DNA of 64,000 nucleotides, taken from Puccinia triticina. Lineage: Eukaryota. Under the pieces are notes generated by a model. That model searched no databases and had not been told where the DNA came from. It saw nothing but the letters and a program-made list of their open reading frames with translations. Of this stretch, positions 1 to 13,512 are shown piece by piece; within the stretch, counting starts at the first letter, position 1, and each line of letters opens with the position of its first letter. The position numbers and the translations under genes were made by a program. The stretch is from NCBI GenBank assembly GCA_026914245.1, contig CP110439.1, positions 8,122,001 through 8,186,000 of the forward strand, in the 5' to 3' direction.

Positions 1-572
1 TATCGCGTTTGCCGACAGTCGACGAGGAGGCATGCTCAAATCCACCAGAAGCTGAATAATCGATATCCCCCCCCTCGCTCAAACCAGAGTCGCTCAAGAG
101 GCGAGCGGCGTTGATGAGCGTTGAGACTTCGAAAATTTCTTTCATGATCTAATGGGTGATCACCATCTCGATTCTCTTTTCCAGCTGGTTGCATGTTTCA
201 CAGCCAGTAAGGTCAAGGGCCCATAGAAAGAGCCGACCTGCATGTATGAGCGAGTTGAACGTTTGAAGGTCAATTGCTCGACACGTCTCAATCTCTGTAC
301 GTTGATTGTGGGGCATTGGTGCCACTCGCTCATTCGCGGCGAGTCACACGGAAGGACATATTTCGAGGCGCTCGTTGATCGGCTTGAAGTCCTTCCCTCT
401 TTCTTACTACGCACCATCCAAGGCTATTTGAGAAAGTAGCTACTTGTCAGAGGTCTTTTGGCCAACGTGCTCACAATCAGCTCTCTCTTTAAAGCTCCGT
501 TGAGGGTTCACTCTTTACTCCTCATAGTACAACTTACAATTAACTGGTCCTGACGATCCTCCTCAAATTCGT

Positions 573-603
573 CCAACCTTCCAACCTTCCAACCTTCCAA
601 CCT
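573..603. repeat. (CCAACCTT)n microsatellite, about 4 copies, just upstream of the ATG
   Basis: Read directly from sequence. Confidence 0.85.
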
Positions 604-632
604 GCCTCCTCCGCAAACAAATCAGGGCACCT

Positions 633-2698
633 ATGAATGCAATCAATTTTCTCCTCGTCGTAATGACAATCTGCAGCGGCCTTTCTTGGGCCAATGCACA
701 ATCACAGCTCGAATCAGAAGATCAGGCCCCGGAGCCTAATGTGTTCGATTATTCCGGGAACGCGACATCATATCAAGTGAGAAATGATGCACTTCGGGTG
801 GTCGAACAGTTCGCAAACGCCCTTGGCAACTACTCAACTTCAAATTCACTTGGAGACAGTTCCAAGACGGTAACCCTATTCAAGGGTGTGGTGCATGGAG
901 GTTGGTCATCAAGCGCGTGAACTTGATCCGCGTAAAGGAAAATCAAAATCATCATAACCCATTGCTTATTTTTGTTTCATTTCTGTCGCATCAATAGCCA
1001 TGTCATATCAGCTATACCGAAACGTTGGAAACTCAACTCAATTGACCGCAAGTAAACTGCAATCCATGTCGACAGCTATCAATGATACCTTGAATAGTAT
1101 CAACGACGTTACAGATCAACTATTATCCTCTTCCAACGGCGCTCTGAAGTTCATTGACCTAAGAAATTGCCTATCCAACCTGATTCAACAAGGCGGTCTC
1201 AAAGACGGGGAGAGTTGCGTCATTGTAAGTTGAACTAAAGATATCCAGCCCTCAATTGTAAATACATCTAACTTGGGTCCCACCCATAGCAAGGGCTTTC
1301 TATCACAGGCGTTTCCGAGGTAAATTCAAATTCGAAACTCCAAAATGTTCATGAATATTGTGAAAATGTGCCGAAAGCTAAAGCTCCTACTATCAATGAT
1401 TCTGACCCGTAGATCTTGACAAGTGTCTTGCAAAACTTTGGCGATGGGATTCTACCTCCCAACATATTAGAATTGACCACTGAAGCACTTAATCCTGTGT
1501 TCACATCGTTGATCCCAGGAGAAGACAAGTTCTTCTCAGCTATCGAAGGTGCGATTGCGAGTGTCCAACGTGCAATTGCCGGTGCATTGGTCCAGGCTCT
1601 TGACGATGCCTTCAGATGTTTCAAATCGACTCTATTTTCCCCCATGTCATACGAGGAAAGACTAAGTAAAACACGGGCCTGTAACCGAGATACCGCCGCA
1701 GGTCACTCGTCCGTCTTTCATGATCTGAAGACTCTTTATCTAGCCATTACCAACCAGGTAAAGCATTTGTTTTCAAATCTTGTCATGCGTGGATACTAAC
1801 TACAAATCTCTCCATTTTTAACTATACAGTTCGTTGGTTACGTGACGCCGAATGTTTTGGAAAGCATTCACAGTATCTCGGATGCATACCTGAATAAAGG
1901 AGTTCACGCCAAACCAGAAGAGAAATTTTTCCGGAATGCAATCTCGAATACAGTCGAATCAATAGTTGCTTCAAATTCGGGAAATGAGGTCAGATAGATA
2001 CCACCCATTCGACAAAAGCTATGTATGAGAGAAAACATAAAGCTGATGTCAATCAAACACTTTTGATTATCTGCCTGAATCAACTCATAGGTAATCTACG
2101 CTTATAAAATCGCCGATTGTTTGGATACAGTTGTTGGAGTCACGGATCCAGACACTGCAGCAAATAAAGCAGCCACTGCTCGTTGCCTGGAAAAGGTAAG
2201 AAACGATGTGCATGTTTGAAATACAAATGAATTTATGTACTAATTTCTCTGGTAACCAAACAGCCTGATGGCCCTCCGGCTGCACTTCGACAAATCGTAT
2301 ATGGTTACATTCAACAGGTACGTACCCAATCTCCTCATACAAGCTTCAAAAATAACTTGACTCAATTTTAATCTGCACCAACTAAACAGATTTATGGAGT
2401 CCTGCCGGTGGAAATTGCCCAAGAAATGGAGGAGATTGGCGTCATGAATCTTGATCGGTCTTCTCCCAATTTCAACCAGAAGGTGGATGAACTCCACAGA
2501 CGATTTTTGAAGACAAATCCAGGACCGGAATATGTATCATGTTATGAGCGTTTGACAGATTGTTTGTTTAACCCTCAAGTTGGCGGGATCCTGGCACCAT
2601 CTTCAAACAACACTCAACTTGTCTGCTTGCTAGGTGGATCATGTCGGAAGGCTCCAGATGGTAGACAAATCCCTTTTATCCAGGTGAAATCAAATTGA
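633..2698 (+). CDS. Secreted protein of unknown function, about 493 aa, 8 exons (633-885, 998-1224, 1290-1319, 1413-1757, 1830-1988, 2091-2195, 2264-2317, 2390-2698); candidate effector
   Basis: Signal-peptide-like N-terminus MNAINFLLVVMTICSGLSWANA. Seven GT..AG introns whose phases join ORFs 633, 1000, 1416 and 2408 into one open frame. Confidence 0.8.
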
Positions 2699-2749
2699 GA
2701 TAAAAAAAGAAGTATGGACAAATTTTTGAAAAAAAAACTTACTAGGAAT

Positions 2750-2887
2750 GGAGGACTACCCGTCAAGATCTGCGGGCCTTCCAGAAGTGATCTAGAGCCC
2801 AAGAAGCTAGATTTCCCTGCAAAAATCTAGACTTTTTGGGTCTAAACCAAAATCTGCGGGGGTACCAGATTGCACGGGAAGTCCTCC
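2750..2887. mobile_element. 138-bp MITE with GGA..TCC termini and 3-bp TSD AAT
   Basis: Imperfect TIR ggaggactacccgt / acgggaagtcctcc; AAT on both sides; homologous copy at 16672-17223 with TSD AGT. Confidence 0.75.
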
Positions 2888-3048
2888 AATCAATGTCAAA
2901 TAGAATTAAAATCTACTTACTTAGCGGCAGAAAATTGGCACTTTGAACTTCTTGGATTCGGCTTTGGAGAAAAATTTCATCAATTATGATACATATTTGA
3001 ATAAGAACTAGTAGGTCTTGGGCTTTAGGACTCACACTACCTGAATTT

Positions 3049-3273
3049 ACTGCTCTGACTGGAATGTCTGACGAGTCCTCGGACCAGCCTGTCCGAGCAG
3101 TTCTCGGACATGGTCGTCCGACGAGCTGTTGAATAGGCTTGGACAAGCAGTCACTAGGCGGGCCCATTGGTTCGAGTAGGCAAGTCCGACAGACCTCTTG
3201 TCGGACGGCCATGTCCGATAACTGCTCGGACAGACGGGTCCGAGTACTCGTTGGACCTGCCGGTCCGAGCAGT
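3049..3273. mobile_element. Foldback repeat or MITE with ~75-bp inverted arms
   Basis: actgctctgactgg..gtccgacgag is the near reverse complement of ctcttgtcggac..ccggtccgagcagt. Confidence 0.7.
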
Positions 3274-3784
3274 TCATCTTTGCAGTGTCAATTGTTCAAA
3301 CTCAATCAGCCCTTGTCAGGTGACAGTCTCCAAAAGAAAAAATCGGGATTAAGGGCCTGAATCATGCATGAATTGCGCCAGGTTTTGAATTGTCACCCAG
3401 CTGCAGTTTGATGGCTGGTGTCATGGATGTCTTGACTTTGTTTCTGAATCCTAAAAATATGGGTAACCTAACAGGACCCAGGAAACCCCCGATCAATGAG
3501 TGGCATGAAAATGATAATTTTGAACCTCAGCTTTCATTTGGTGCTGGTATCATCTTTTCAATACCAACTGTTCTCCTTGTACTAATGTTATAAATGTGGC
3601 AAAAAAGTGAATAAATGTGCAGATTTACTTTGCGCACGGAGGGAAACTCGTTGCGCACGGGAATTTCCGTTGACTCGACGTCACGTGACGTCGGCCCCCC
3701 TCCGTGCCTAACTTAACTAAGTCCCTATATTGGAGGGGGGACGCCGTCCCGCAGGGAGGCACTTATGCGCTATGTTGACCCCGT

Positions 3785-4614
3785 TGTGGTGGACAGATGG
3801 GTACACGCGTGAGGATCAATATTTATTGCGCGCGGCGCGCACTGGAGGACGTCAGGACTCAAGAAGTCAAGACTCAAGCTTGATACAGCCCTCAAGGATT
3901 TCTCAAGTCCAATGGCGCAGCGTTGCGCATCCTCAAGGTGTTTCAGGAGTTCTCCTTCTTTCTTTTCTTCCCCCCCCTGTTCCTGTGTTTGTTTGTTCTG
4001 TTCTCTCATGTTTTTTTTCTTACTTCATCAGGGTTTTGTCCTTTCTTCTTTCACTATGCGCGCGTTGGTTAGGTTTTGGAGGAGGAGGGTTGGTTTTTGT
4101 TTTGTTTCCTTTTGTGTTCTTTTGTTTTGTTTTGTCTCAGTTGTCTGGTTGTTGTAGCGCGCGCGTGCGCGCTAGGTTGTGATGAGCTGTCTGCTAGATG
4201 TCACAAACTCCAAGGTTTGAGTTCAGCTGGAACTCAGGCTTTGGAGCGGCATGGACCTACTCTGAACCATATTTTCAGTCTTCCATCAGAATTTAAAGTT
4301 TATCGTTCTTGGCGTCTTCCGCCTGTATTCTCAGTTTCACACGTCTTCTAAGTTTATCACCCCGCAGTGCCGATCTCTTCCAGCCTTTGGTTTTGATCAC
4401 ATTCCCCGCCGGCAGTATCTCCGGCTCCCTTCTCAACACAAAAATCGCCAACGCGCAATTCCAGCCGTCAGAAAAATCACCCCCCCCCCACGCTTACAGG
4501 ACTCTCAGCGCTCTTTTTCGGCCAATCACCCCAGAGGGCATACACAGCTCAATTTCTAATTCTCATTTTCCCCTCCAGCAACTGCCTACCGTCTGACATA
4601 GTAGGAGTTCCTCA
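3785..4614 (+). mobile_element. Solo LTR, Gypsy-type, distantly related to the LTRs at 48587 and 56192; 4-bp TSD CCGT
   Basis: TGTGGTG..GGAGTTCCTCA termini, same T-rich/gcgcgc/tgtgatga layout, CCGT on both sides. The reconstructed empty site matches a repeat at ~10870-10950. Confidence 0.8.
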
Positions 4615-4923
4615 CCGTGGCTGTAGAGAATTAGAAAAATGATGTTTTTCAATCCTTTCTAAATTCTGGACGCGCCATCTGTCACCAGGTAATAAAAGTT
4701 TGGGGGAGCAAAATGTGCACAACATTACAGAGTTCCTTTGTAAATAATTTACTAATTTTTTGGGGGTTTGGGTATCCCTCTCAAGCTATATTCTTCCCTC
4801 AGAGTAGTTCCACACTGCTTTTGAGTCTTACAGCAGGTACCCGCCAAGGGCAACAGGTACCTGCCCATGGGTGGCAGGTACCCACGGGCAATCTCTAGTC
4901 TCCAAGCATCCGCTGGATGGTAT

Positions 4924-5189
4924 CAATGCTGTAACAGATCAGATACAATACAGTATTTCTTATTTATCTCTATTGCATCAGATGGGATGATACAATTTTC
5001 TTGCCTATCAATTGGATTGTGTGCCAATCCAATCAAAATCACTCCAATACATCATGTATCTGTGTGTATTGAAGCGCCAACACACAGAAATTGCTGTATT
5101 GTATTGGTTTGTCAATACAATACAGATACATGTATCAGCAGAAAAAAACAATACAATACTGATACAATACCATATCTGTTACAGCGTTG
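4924..5189. mobile_element. MITE with CAA..TTG termini, 7-bp TSD ATGGTAT, internal gatacaatac repeats
   Basis: TIR caatgctgtaacagat / atctgttacagcgttg; duplicated flank. Confidence 0.7.
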
Positions 5190-5309
5190 ATGGTATGCAA
5201 GTGTCCATTGGACATCTCCAACCATCCTTGGAATGCCAAAATTGTAGCCCAGCTGGCCCAGCCAGTGCACATCAGGGCTCTGACGGGCACAGGCTATGTA
5301 GCAGCACAG

Positions 5310-6165
5310 TGAGGGACTCCTGTCCGTGCTAGGCGGCGGCAGTCGTGTGAGGGGAAAGTGCTTTGAGAGCTGCCCTCTGGTGGTGGTCCGGAGTGATGAG
5401 TGGAAGTGGAATTGGTGATAGCTTTTGGGGTTGGTGGTTTTGAGATTTTCGCCGGGGTTTGGATCCTCAGCGGCAGTTGTTTTGTTTTTGCAGAAAGATG
5501 TAAAGATTCCTCCCAAAAGAGGCAGAAGGCTGATGCGGAGCTAGATGATGATAACTGATGAAGGTGATGCGGAGTTTTTCAACTCTGAAGATCTGATCAA
5601 TAAACTCCTGGTGATGGACTGTATTCTTTGGGTCAGAATGCCATGCCCCTCCCATCATCCAAGTTCAGCAAACTTGGACTCTGGGAGAAGACCTGTCACA
5701 TGTATTTCATCATCTCCTCGGCGCGCTAAACGCGCGCACACACACACAACAAAAAAACAGAGAGAAAGAAAGAAGAAAACAAAGAACAAAGAAAACATAA
5801 CTCCAAAGAAAAGATGAAACAGAAAGAGAACAAACAGGACCAGATAAGGAGAAAGAGAAGGGAGAATAAGATGAAATGGAAATCACAAACAAAAAAGAGA
5901 ATAAATCCACAGCAGTTGCTGTGTTAGGACCAAGAAAGATGAAAGAGATGCGGGAGGGGAAAAATGGGAAAAGGATATAGAAAGAGGGGGAGGAGACTGG
6001 GGAAGAGAAGTAATGGGGAGATAGAGAATTCTTGAAGTCTTGAGGGTCGTGATGCCTTGGGGGGGGGGGTGAGTGTTTATCTTGAGTCTTGCTGAGAATC
6101 CCACTGATATTGCGGGCAGCAAAGATGATGCTCCTGAATAGCTGACCACGAGATAGACCACCACA
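5310..6165 (-). mobile_element. Solo LTR of the 48587-57067 Gypsy family; TSD ACAG/ACGG (CCGT on the element strand, one CpG decayed)
   Basis: Reverse complement aligns along the 876-bp LTR (gacaggagtccctca end, tgtggtg start, gaggatccaaacccc motif). Confidence 0.85.
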
Positions 6166-6708
6166 ACGGGGGGAGCAGGAGCAGGTGCACCGAGATTTGG
6201 GGGAGTGAGTGGGATTTGGGAAGCCTGGGAGTCAAACACACAACCTCCAGGGTGCGTGGGGGCTCAGGGGAACAAGGTGCTTACCAGATATAACATGAAA
6301 ACATCACTGAAGGCCCCCACACAGTACACTAAGGCAATAGACTTGGGCCCAAATATCCTTTGGACACTCTGGCTGGAGTATCCAATGGATGCTGAACTTT
6401 CAGGACTGTCAAGATGTCCATTGGAAACTCTTGATTGGGAGTGTCCAATGGACGGTGTTTCTTGATGTCCAGTTGACATTTTGAGTGCCAAGTATCACTT
6501 GGACGCTTCTGCATGTCAGCCTTAGAGTCATCACAGCTGACCTAAAAAGCTGCCTGTTCTACCTTTGTTACATATAAATTACTTTATATCTTTTTCATCT
6601 TAAGAGATATCCCTGTTTTGACTTCATATTCTGTTTCCTCATGCAATTTTAACCCTAGTTACAACTTACCAATTCATTGTAACTATACTCCTTCCCTGAG
6701 TTACTGAG

Positions 6709-7240
6709 TTGTAGCGCCCTTGCGCAGTTGTGACGTGTCAGCGCTACTAGGCGCGCCAAACCACATGTACATATGTAAATTACATAAGCAAACTGTGAAA
6801 ATTTTCGTAGTCAGGATCCCCCTTGCCTGAGGCGGATCCACAGACTTCAGCACACCAGAACCACCACCCAGATAACCCCAGGATCACCACCAAAGAGCCT
6901 ACTCTACTCCCAGTATACCTACCGTCACAGGCGCCTAGGATATTGACAGTAAGTAACCTCTTTCACTGAACCTTGATTATCTCAGAGGTACAACTCTGTG
7001 TCTTGCTTGATCTGCCTTTTCTTCTTGCTTTGCCTCCTCCTTGATCACAGGGCTGTCCCTTCAATTCTACAGGCCTTTGCCTCTATCTTGATCACAGGGC
7101 TGTCCCTTATAATCACTTGGCCTTTGCCTCAAAATCTAGGTTGCAGGGCTGTCCCTCAGGTTTCCCATTAAGAACCTTGACTGTCCAGAGAGAAGTCTAA
7201 AAAACTGTGGCTGGATTAAACTTATCTAATCCAGATACCC
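6709..7240 (+). repeat. Degenerate dispersed repeat, probably LTR-derived; homologous to ~19385-19865
   Basis: Shared blocks: cacagacttcag, ccagaaccacc, tattgaca, aagaaccttgact, tgtggct..ctaat. Confidence 0.55.
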
Positions 7241-8645
7241 TCCTGAGAGGAAGCTGTAGCACTTCTAGCACAGATTAGCAGCACTCTTCTGAAGAGTAGC
7301 ATTGCCAGTGGACGTGCATTCCCACTAGAATAACCTAGTACTTCTCTTCTATCTTATCCTGCTTGGTTTCTTTCTCTCTCTTTCTCTTTTTCTCTTACAG
7401 TTGTATTTTCTTTATCCCAAGAAATCAAACTGTTGTCCCCCATTTCTTGTGTCCTGCTGTCACTATAGAGACTCAGGCTCACACTGCAAGTGTCCAAGTG
7501 ATGCTCAGTGCACCTAAATATGCTGGATTTTCCCTGGAAATCCTCTTACTGTGCTCTCCAATTTTCCCTCCATGGTTGGAAAAGTAATGAACATTATGAG
7601 AAATTTGCAAGAAATTAGAAAATTTCCACATTTTTCATTTTTGTTTTCATTTTTTTTTTTTTTCATAATCATTCTTAGGAACTTATTTTCCACCCCTGTA
7701 GCCAATCTCATGACTTCAAGACTTTGGCCTGAGCTTCTGCATCCAAAAATGTGCAGCCAAAAACATTAGATGACCCACTGCACATATGGCTGATTATAAA
7801 CAATTTGTGAAAGGTCCACCTAAGCCCCTGGCTCTGCATGAGCACTCAGGTTGGTATCACTTGGCTTAGTGATGAAAAATGTTACACAACAGAACACATG
7901 TGTTAATTTTTGTGACACATTCTTTAGCTGCTAAGTTTTGTCCCAAGGGAGTTAGAATTCTTGGACAAGTCCAGGGGAGCCTCAGATTACCCAGGGTTTG
8001 TGAATGAATTCAGAAAATCTCCTTGAAAGGATTTCTGTAGTAATGGATGAAAATTGGTTATAATTTGTTAAGTATTCAGCTAATTAGCCCCTGGGATTGC
8101 GGGGCACTCATCTTGGCATGATATGGCTGGGTGATGGTCTATGTGTCACACAAATGTGCGCGTGTACGTTTGTGTGACACAATGTGTCACAGAAATCCTC
8201 ACATGTTACATGGTTGTGTGACAGTTGGCCCCTCAGCACCAAAGTCAAACTGTAGTACCAGAGCAACATCAGATTCAGACCTCCCACTAGAGCTGAAATT
8301 TTGCACCCGGGTACCCTCTGTGGTAACCCTGTTCCTACTCACATCATCATTCTTATATCATACAAAAACCTTCACATATCCATCATTATTATTCCAGATT
8401 CAGATTCTATACCTCATTTCATCCCTATTCACTCACTCATATCACCCTGAAATTCCCTTTGTATCAGAAGTTATTAGTATTCATAGTTTCATTGGTATTT
8501 TCCTGCTTCTTACCTTTCATCTACATCACATATTCTATTCATCATCACCATAACTACATATATTACATACATAACATAGCTTTCATCATCTGTAGTCATC
8601 ATAGTACACATAACAACCCATCATTACATATCTCATTCATCATAC

Positions 8646-9538
8646 TAGAGATGGCCAAACGGGTCCGGGTACCCGCGACCGTGACAGGTGCGGGTACTTG
8701 CTACAAATTTTTCCAATTTTGGACACCTGGACCCGGAAACGGCACCCGCCAACGGGTACCAGCGGTACTTGAGGCGGGTACCACGGGTACCCCCACTTCA
8801 TTTTGCAAGTGGCCTATTGGGTGGCGATGGCCGGTCATCAAGTGCATACACACCCCTCTTGATGACCGCACATCAAGCGAGGTACACATCCCACTTGATG
8901 ACCATTCATCAAGTGGGATGCGCACTCCACTCAATGACCAGTCATTGAGTGGGGTGTAGGCCGGTCATTGAGTGGACTACACACCCCGCTCAATGTTTGG
9001 TCATCGCGTGGGATGTGGGGGTATGTACTCCGCTTGACAATGGCCGGTCATTGAGGGTGTGTACCCCTCTCAATGACCGTTTATTGATTGAGATGTGTAA
9101 TCCGCTCAACAATGGCCGGTCATCAAAGGTTTGTACCCCTCTCAATGACCGTTCATCAACAGGAAGGAAGCTCTTATATCAGCATCCTTGGCATAGCTTA
9201 CATTAGTACTAGTGTAGTTATAGATTTCCCTTCCCAGCTATATTCTCCCATTTGAGTAGTTCCACACCGCCGCGGGTGCAGGGCCTGAATTTTGACCCAG
9301 ACTGGACACCCACACCTGTACCCAGCACCCACTGACAGGTACCTGCATACTTCCACGGGTACCTAACACGCCAATGGGCACTAAGGGCCAGCAGAGCTGT
9401 GCAGAATGGCGATTTGTGTGCGGGTAACTTCCTGAATTTGGATTCAGACTGGACACACTCACCTGCACCCAGCACCTGCTGGCGGGTACCTGCACACTTC
9501 AACAGGTACCTGCCAATTGGTACTAGGGGCCAGCTCTA
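8646..9538. mobile_element. hAT-like non-autonomous element with subterminal GGTACC repeats and an internal gatgaccg/cggtcatc minisatellite
   Basis: TIR tagagatggcc / ggccagctcta; TSD degenerate. Confidence 0.55.
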
Positions 9539-11659
9539 CCTCCCACAGTATCACTACACCCCATCCCAAGTTTTAACCATGTGTAAAAGAAACAACTTGA
9601 AAATAACTGGCAGCTTTTTGGTGTGCCCTCCCTGAAAATAAATACAAGAACTGTTTCAGAGAAACCTACTGGGTATGGGTTTACAAAGAGGTCAAAAATC
9701 ATGATCATTGAAATATGAGGAACTTTTTTCAAGATTGAGGATCAAGTATATAAACCTTATCATTAAATTGGAATCATTTTCAGCATAGGTATGGCATACA
9801 TTTTACACATACATTGCACAGCACATTTGGTATGATTCCAGTTCATATAAAATTATTTTGTGGCAGACATGAAATTGTCTTCCAACCAGCATGTAACTGA
9901 GATCCAACCAAATCTATGAATGAGTTCAAATATGGAAACTGCATGCCAGTGCTAAGGAAACTCCCCTGGTGATAGTTCTATTGGTATTTGATTGCTTCTT
10001 AAATTTCATCTACATTACATATTTAATTCATTACACCACAGCTACATATATTACCTACATAAAATAGCTTTCATCATCTGTAGCCAACATAGCTGTACAC
10101 ATAAAAACCCATTATTACATATTTAATTTGTCATAAATAGAAATTACTAGTGCTCATCATTACTTCACTTTACCACTTCACTTCATTAATGCTCATCTTC
10201 AGACCTTTTACATTGTGCCACCTGTTTCAATCCAATTCATTGGCTTTAAACCAAGGATAAATTCACCATTATCTTTAGTTGGGAACCAATGGGAGGGCAA
10301 AGCTGGATGGAGCTGAGCGGAGCTGGCCTGGGTAATCAAATCTCCCAAACAGCCCTTTGCAGAAATTTTTTCATAGCCTAGTGGTTTGCAGCAGACTAAC
10401 AGGCAGATCGCCGGTTCAATCCCCCCTGCCCCCACCCCCCCCGGTAGGGGGCAGGTCTTTAGGGGTTCCTGACAAATACCATATCTTCAACATATACTCC
10501 TAGTTTTGATTTGACAGGTTTTAGATGCAGCCCAAGGCTAAATTTAAACCCAGGAACATCATCCTCCAGAAGATTCTTTTGGAGTCAACTTCAGATTCTG
10601 AACCAGAGCAGCTTTTTGCCCCATTCCACCCTCCATTATGCCAAACAGAGGATTCCCTATGCCCAAAGGAGGTGCAGACCAAGCACTGGACTGTTACACA
10701 AGCTGCAGGGGACATGAAGCCTATGGGATACTTCAGCCAGAATTTAATCTAGATCTTAACAATAAATCCATAACAAAACAGAAATACTTTTTGTTGGATC
10801 CAACCTTCTTGGAAAATACAAGAAGTTCCTCTATTGATTTTGGGGGGGGGGGGGGGGGAAACCTTCTGCAGGGACCCTCCTAAGGAGGTACTTTTGTGCC
10901 ATGTCAACCCAATGGGTGTAGAGAATTAGAAAATTTTCTTTTTTCAATCCTATCTGGCCACACCAATTTCCATGGTGTGATTATGTTTTTGTGCAACAAA
11001 ATATACACAAGAACACAGAGCTTCTTTTTACATATTTGTTTTTAAAAAAATTGTGCCTTGAGTGCCCCTTGAATTCCTTTCTTGTGACTGACATGTTCCC
11101 CAATTCACTGTGTATTACACATATTCAGACTCGCATTGTGCAGAATCTGAAATAAACAATGTTACAACTCTTATTGCAGGTGAATTGGAAGGATTGAGGA
11201 TGTGAAAAATATGTAGAAAGGTGGGGACAGCTTGGTGTGTCCCAGAAATCAAAGCTGGAGCAATAATGGCTTGGACACTCAGATGTGAGATTGATTTTAA
11301 AAAATTGCCCACCAAAAGAGGCAATTCTCTACTCCTGTGGTGTCACCATAGCCCGTAAGTCCCTCCTTTGGAGGTTGCTTTGCTCCCCCAAGGAGGGAAT
11401 TAGCTAAGTTGGCCTGTCACCTATTCACATCAAATTTCTCATGTTTTGGTGAAGAAGGATCTCCTGAAAGGCACTTGAATAGTTAGGTTTGGAGTGCAAG
11501 AAGGCATGAATTTGTGTCCTGTATCAAATTTGGCCTCTTTTGGAAGGGACCTAGTTAATCTATATCCTGTATGGGCGGTTAGGGGGATCCTGGGGAGATG
11601 GAGCCCTCTGGGAGTCACAATTCAGGAGTCTTGGTAGGAAACTCCATGAGACCAGCAGG

Positions 11660-12337
11660 TAGGCATGACAATTGGGCGGGTTTGGGCCACCTGCGGGCTG
11701 CCTGTGTCAGGCCACAGAATAAACAGGCGGGTTGAGCCTGGTCAATTTGTCTCAAATCACCGCCTGGCCTGAAGTTGACACTGTTTAGCTTGCAGGCGGC
11801 CTCTGTGCCTGTTTAGCCCGCGGGCCTCAGCCAAATAACCAAAAAAGTGAAATGCAGTCAAACCTGTCTACCCTTTTAACTGCATAATCTGCCTATCAGC
11901 ATAGAAAAAGACTCCCCCATATTCTTGATTTCCCTGCAAAGTCACCATCTCTAGGGGCATAACCTGTCTAAAGCCATACCAAAAGTCTTCTCCCAAGGTA
12001 TGTCCTTAGACAGGTTTCACTGTAACTTGCATTTCTGCAACTCAGTTTGAGGATTTAATGTCAATGTCAACCGGTGTTGGAATGTGCCATGTCGACAGGC
12101 GGTGAAAGATGTCGAAGTCAATGCCAGATGGTGCTACAGGGTCAAAAACTCGGCCCTTCATGGCTGCTCAACGGGGGGCCTCCGGGGCAGACCGGGGGAC
12201 GGCCTCTGCCCTGGGCTGCCTGAACCCGCCCGGTTTCAGTTGCGGGGCTGTCGGGTGGACCGACCCGAACCCGGCCTGAACCCAGCGGGCTCGGCCCTCG
12301 GGCGGCCGCTGGCCGTCCCGCCCGATTGCCATGCCTA
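11660..12337. mobile_element. hAT-like MITE
   Basis: TIR taggcatgacaattgggcggg / cccgcccgattgccatgccta; degenerate 8-bp TSD ccagcagg/ccagcgga. Confidence 0.7.
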
Positions 12338-13512
12338 CCAGCGGAGTTTTCACCGAACTTCTTCTGAGGGGCGGGCAGGGGCCCCTCGCGCTTCGCGCGA
12401 GCCTCCGAACAGAGACCTTGCGGGGCCCTCCTTCAGAGAGGCTTTGTTAAGCTCGAGTTTTCACTGAGACCAGATAACCCACCTTTCCATCCACGCTTCC
12501 CCGAACTCGCCATATGCTAGTGTCGGGAGAATATCCAAGGAGCACACCATAGACCCGATCCTCCAAAAATAGAAAACGTTCTAAAACGTTCTTATTGGTC
12601 GAAAATCCTGACAACATGCCCACGATTTACCTGCATATTCATCTTCCATCCAGCCCAATGTTATGCAAAGCAAATGATTTCTGGAACTCACAGAGCTAAA
12701 AGCATCTTCAGGGAAGATGAACATTTGAACGAATTGTTTTACATTCTGCACATATTGGGTACAGGAGGCGCTAAATATTTTCCATTATTGTTGGCTGTGG
12801 CTACTGCTAGAAAACGAACCAACTTGAAAGAAGGCAGACTAACGCCTCTCACCTACCTATGTGCTGAAATCCAAAATTGCCTTTGATCTGGTCAATTATT
12901 ATGGTCTATCAGTCTCAAGCCTTGCCTGTCTGACTCGGCCAACACCCCGCTTGGATTTATTGGTCTTGTTTTAATCAAGATATCGTCATGGAATATCTTT
13001 CCTCCCCAGAAGTTTTCGGCTTTTTCCATCTTTTAATTATTTGAGCGGCTCCGGATTTACTTCCATCTAACGGCCTTATCCTGACACAGTTGGCTTTTTC
13101 ATCTGCATGAATTATCATAGGTAACTACTTACTGACTGACAGAAATCATAGGCTTGCTACTCGTACAATCATGTTCTAACTCCGCTTCGCATTTATTTCT
13201 TTCAAGCACATCAGACGTTATGATTCAGTATACTTACGCTTTGCCACCAGGTCAAAGGAAATATCGGCCTCGAGAGTGTACACTACTCGAATACCCTTCT
13301 GAGCAGAATATAAGCCCTTTCGGATGGCGAAACGCTGCAGTGCCAGTGTTATGGTGTAGTATCAACAGGTCCACTAAATAAGGAAACACAAATAATTAAG
13401 ATTACATACAATCCTTGGAGCTTCGCGTTTTCGAAGGTAATTTTGAAATTTACATCGAGGAGTTAACGAAACTGTGTAATAAATATACATTGAAGATTCC
13501 TATAAGTTCAGA

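Noticed and set aside
1..439. Short ORFs at the window start
   Set aside because: No recognisable motifs or consistent splice structure.
2684..2790. Ninth exon supplied by the MITE
   Set aside because: Weak donor (GTGAAA) and an in-frame stop already at 2698; needs RNA data.
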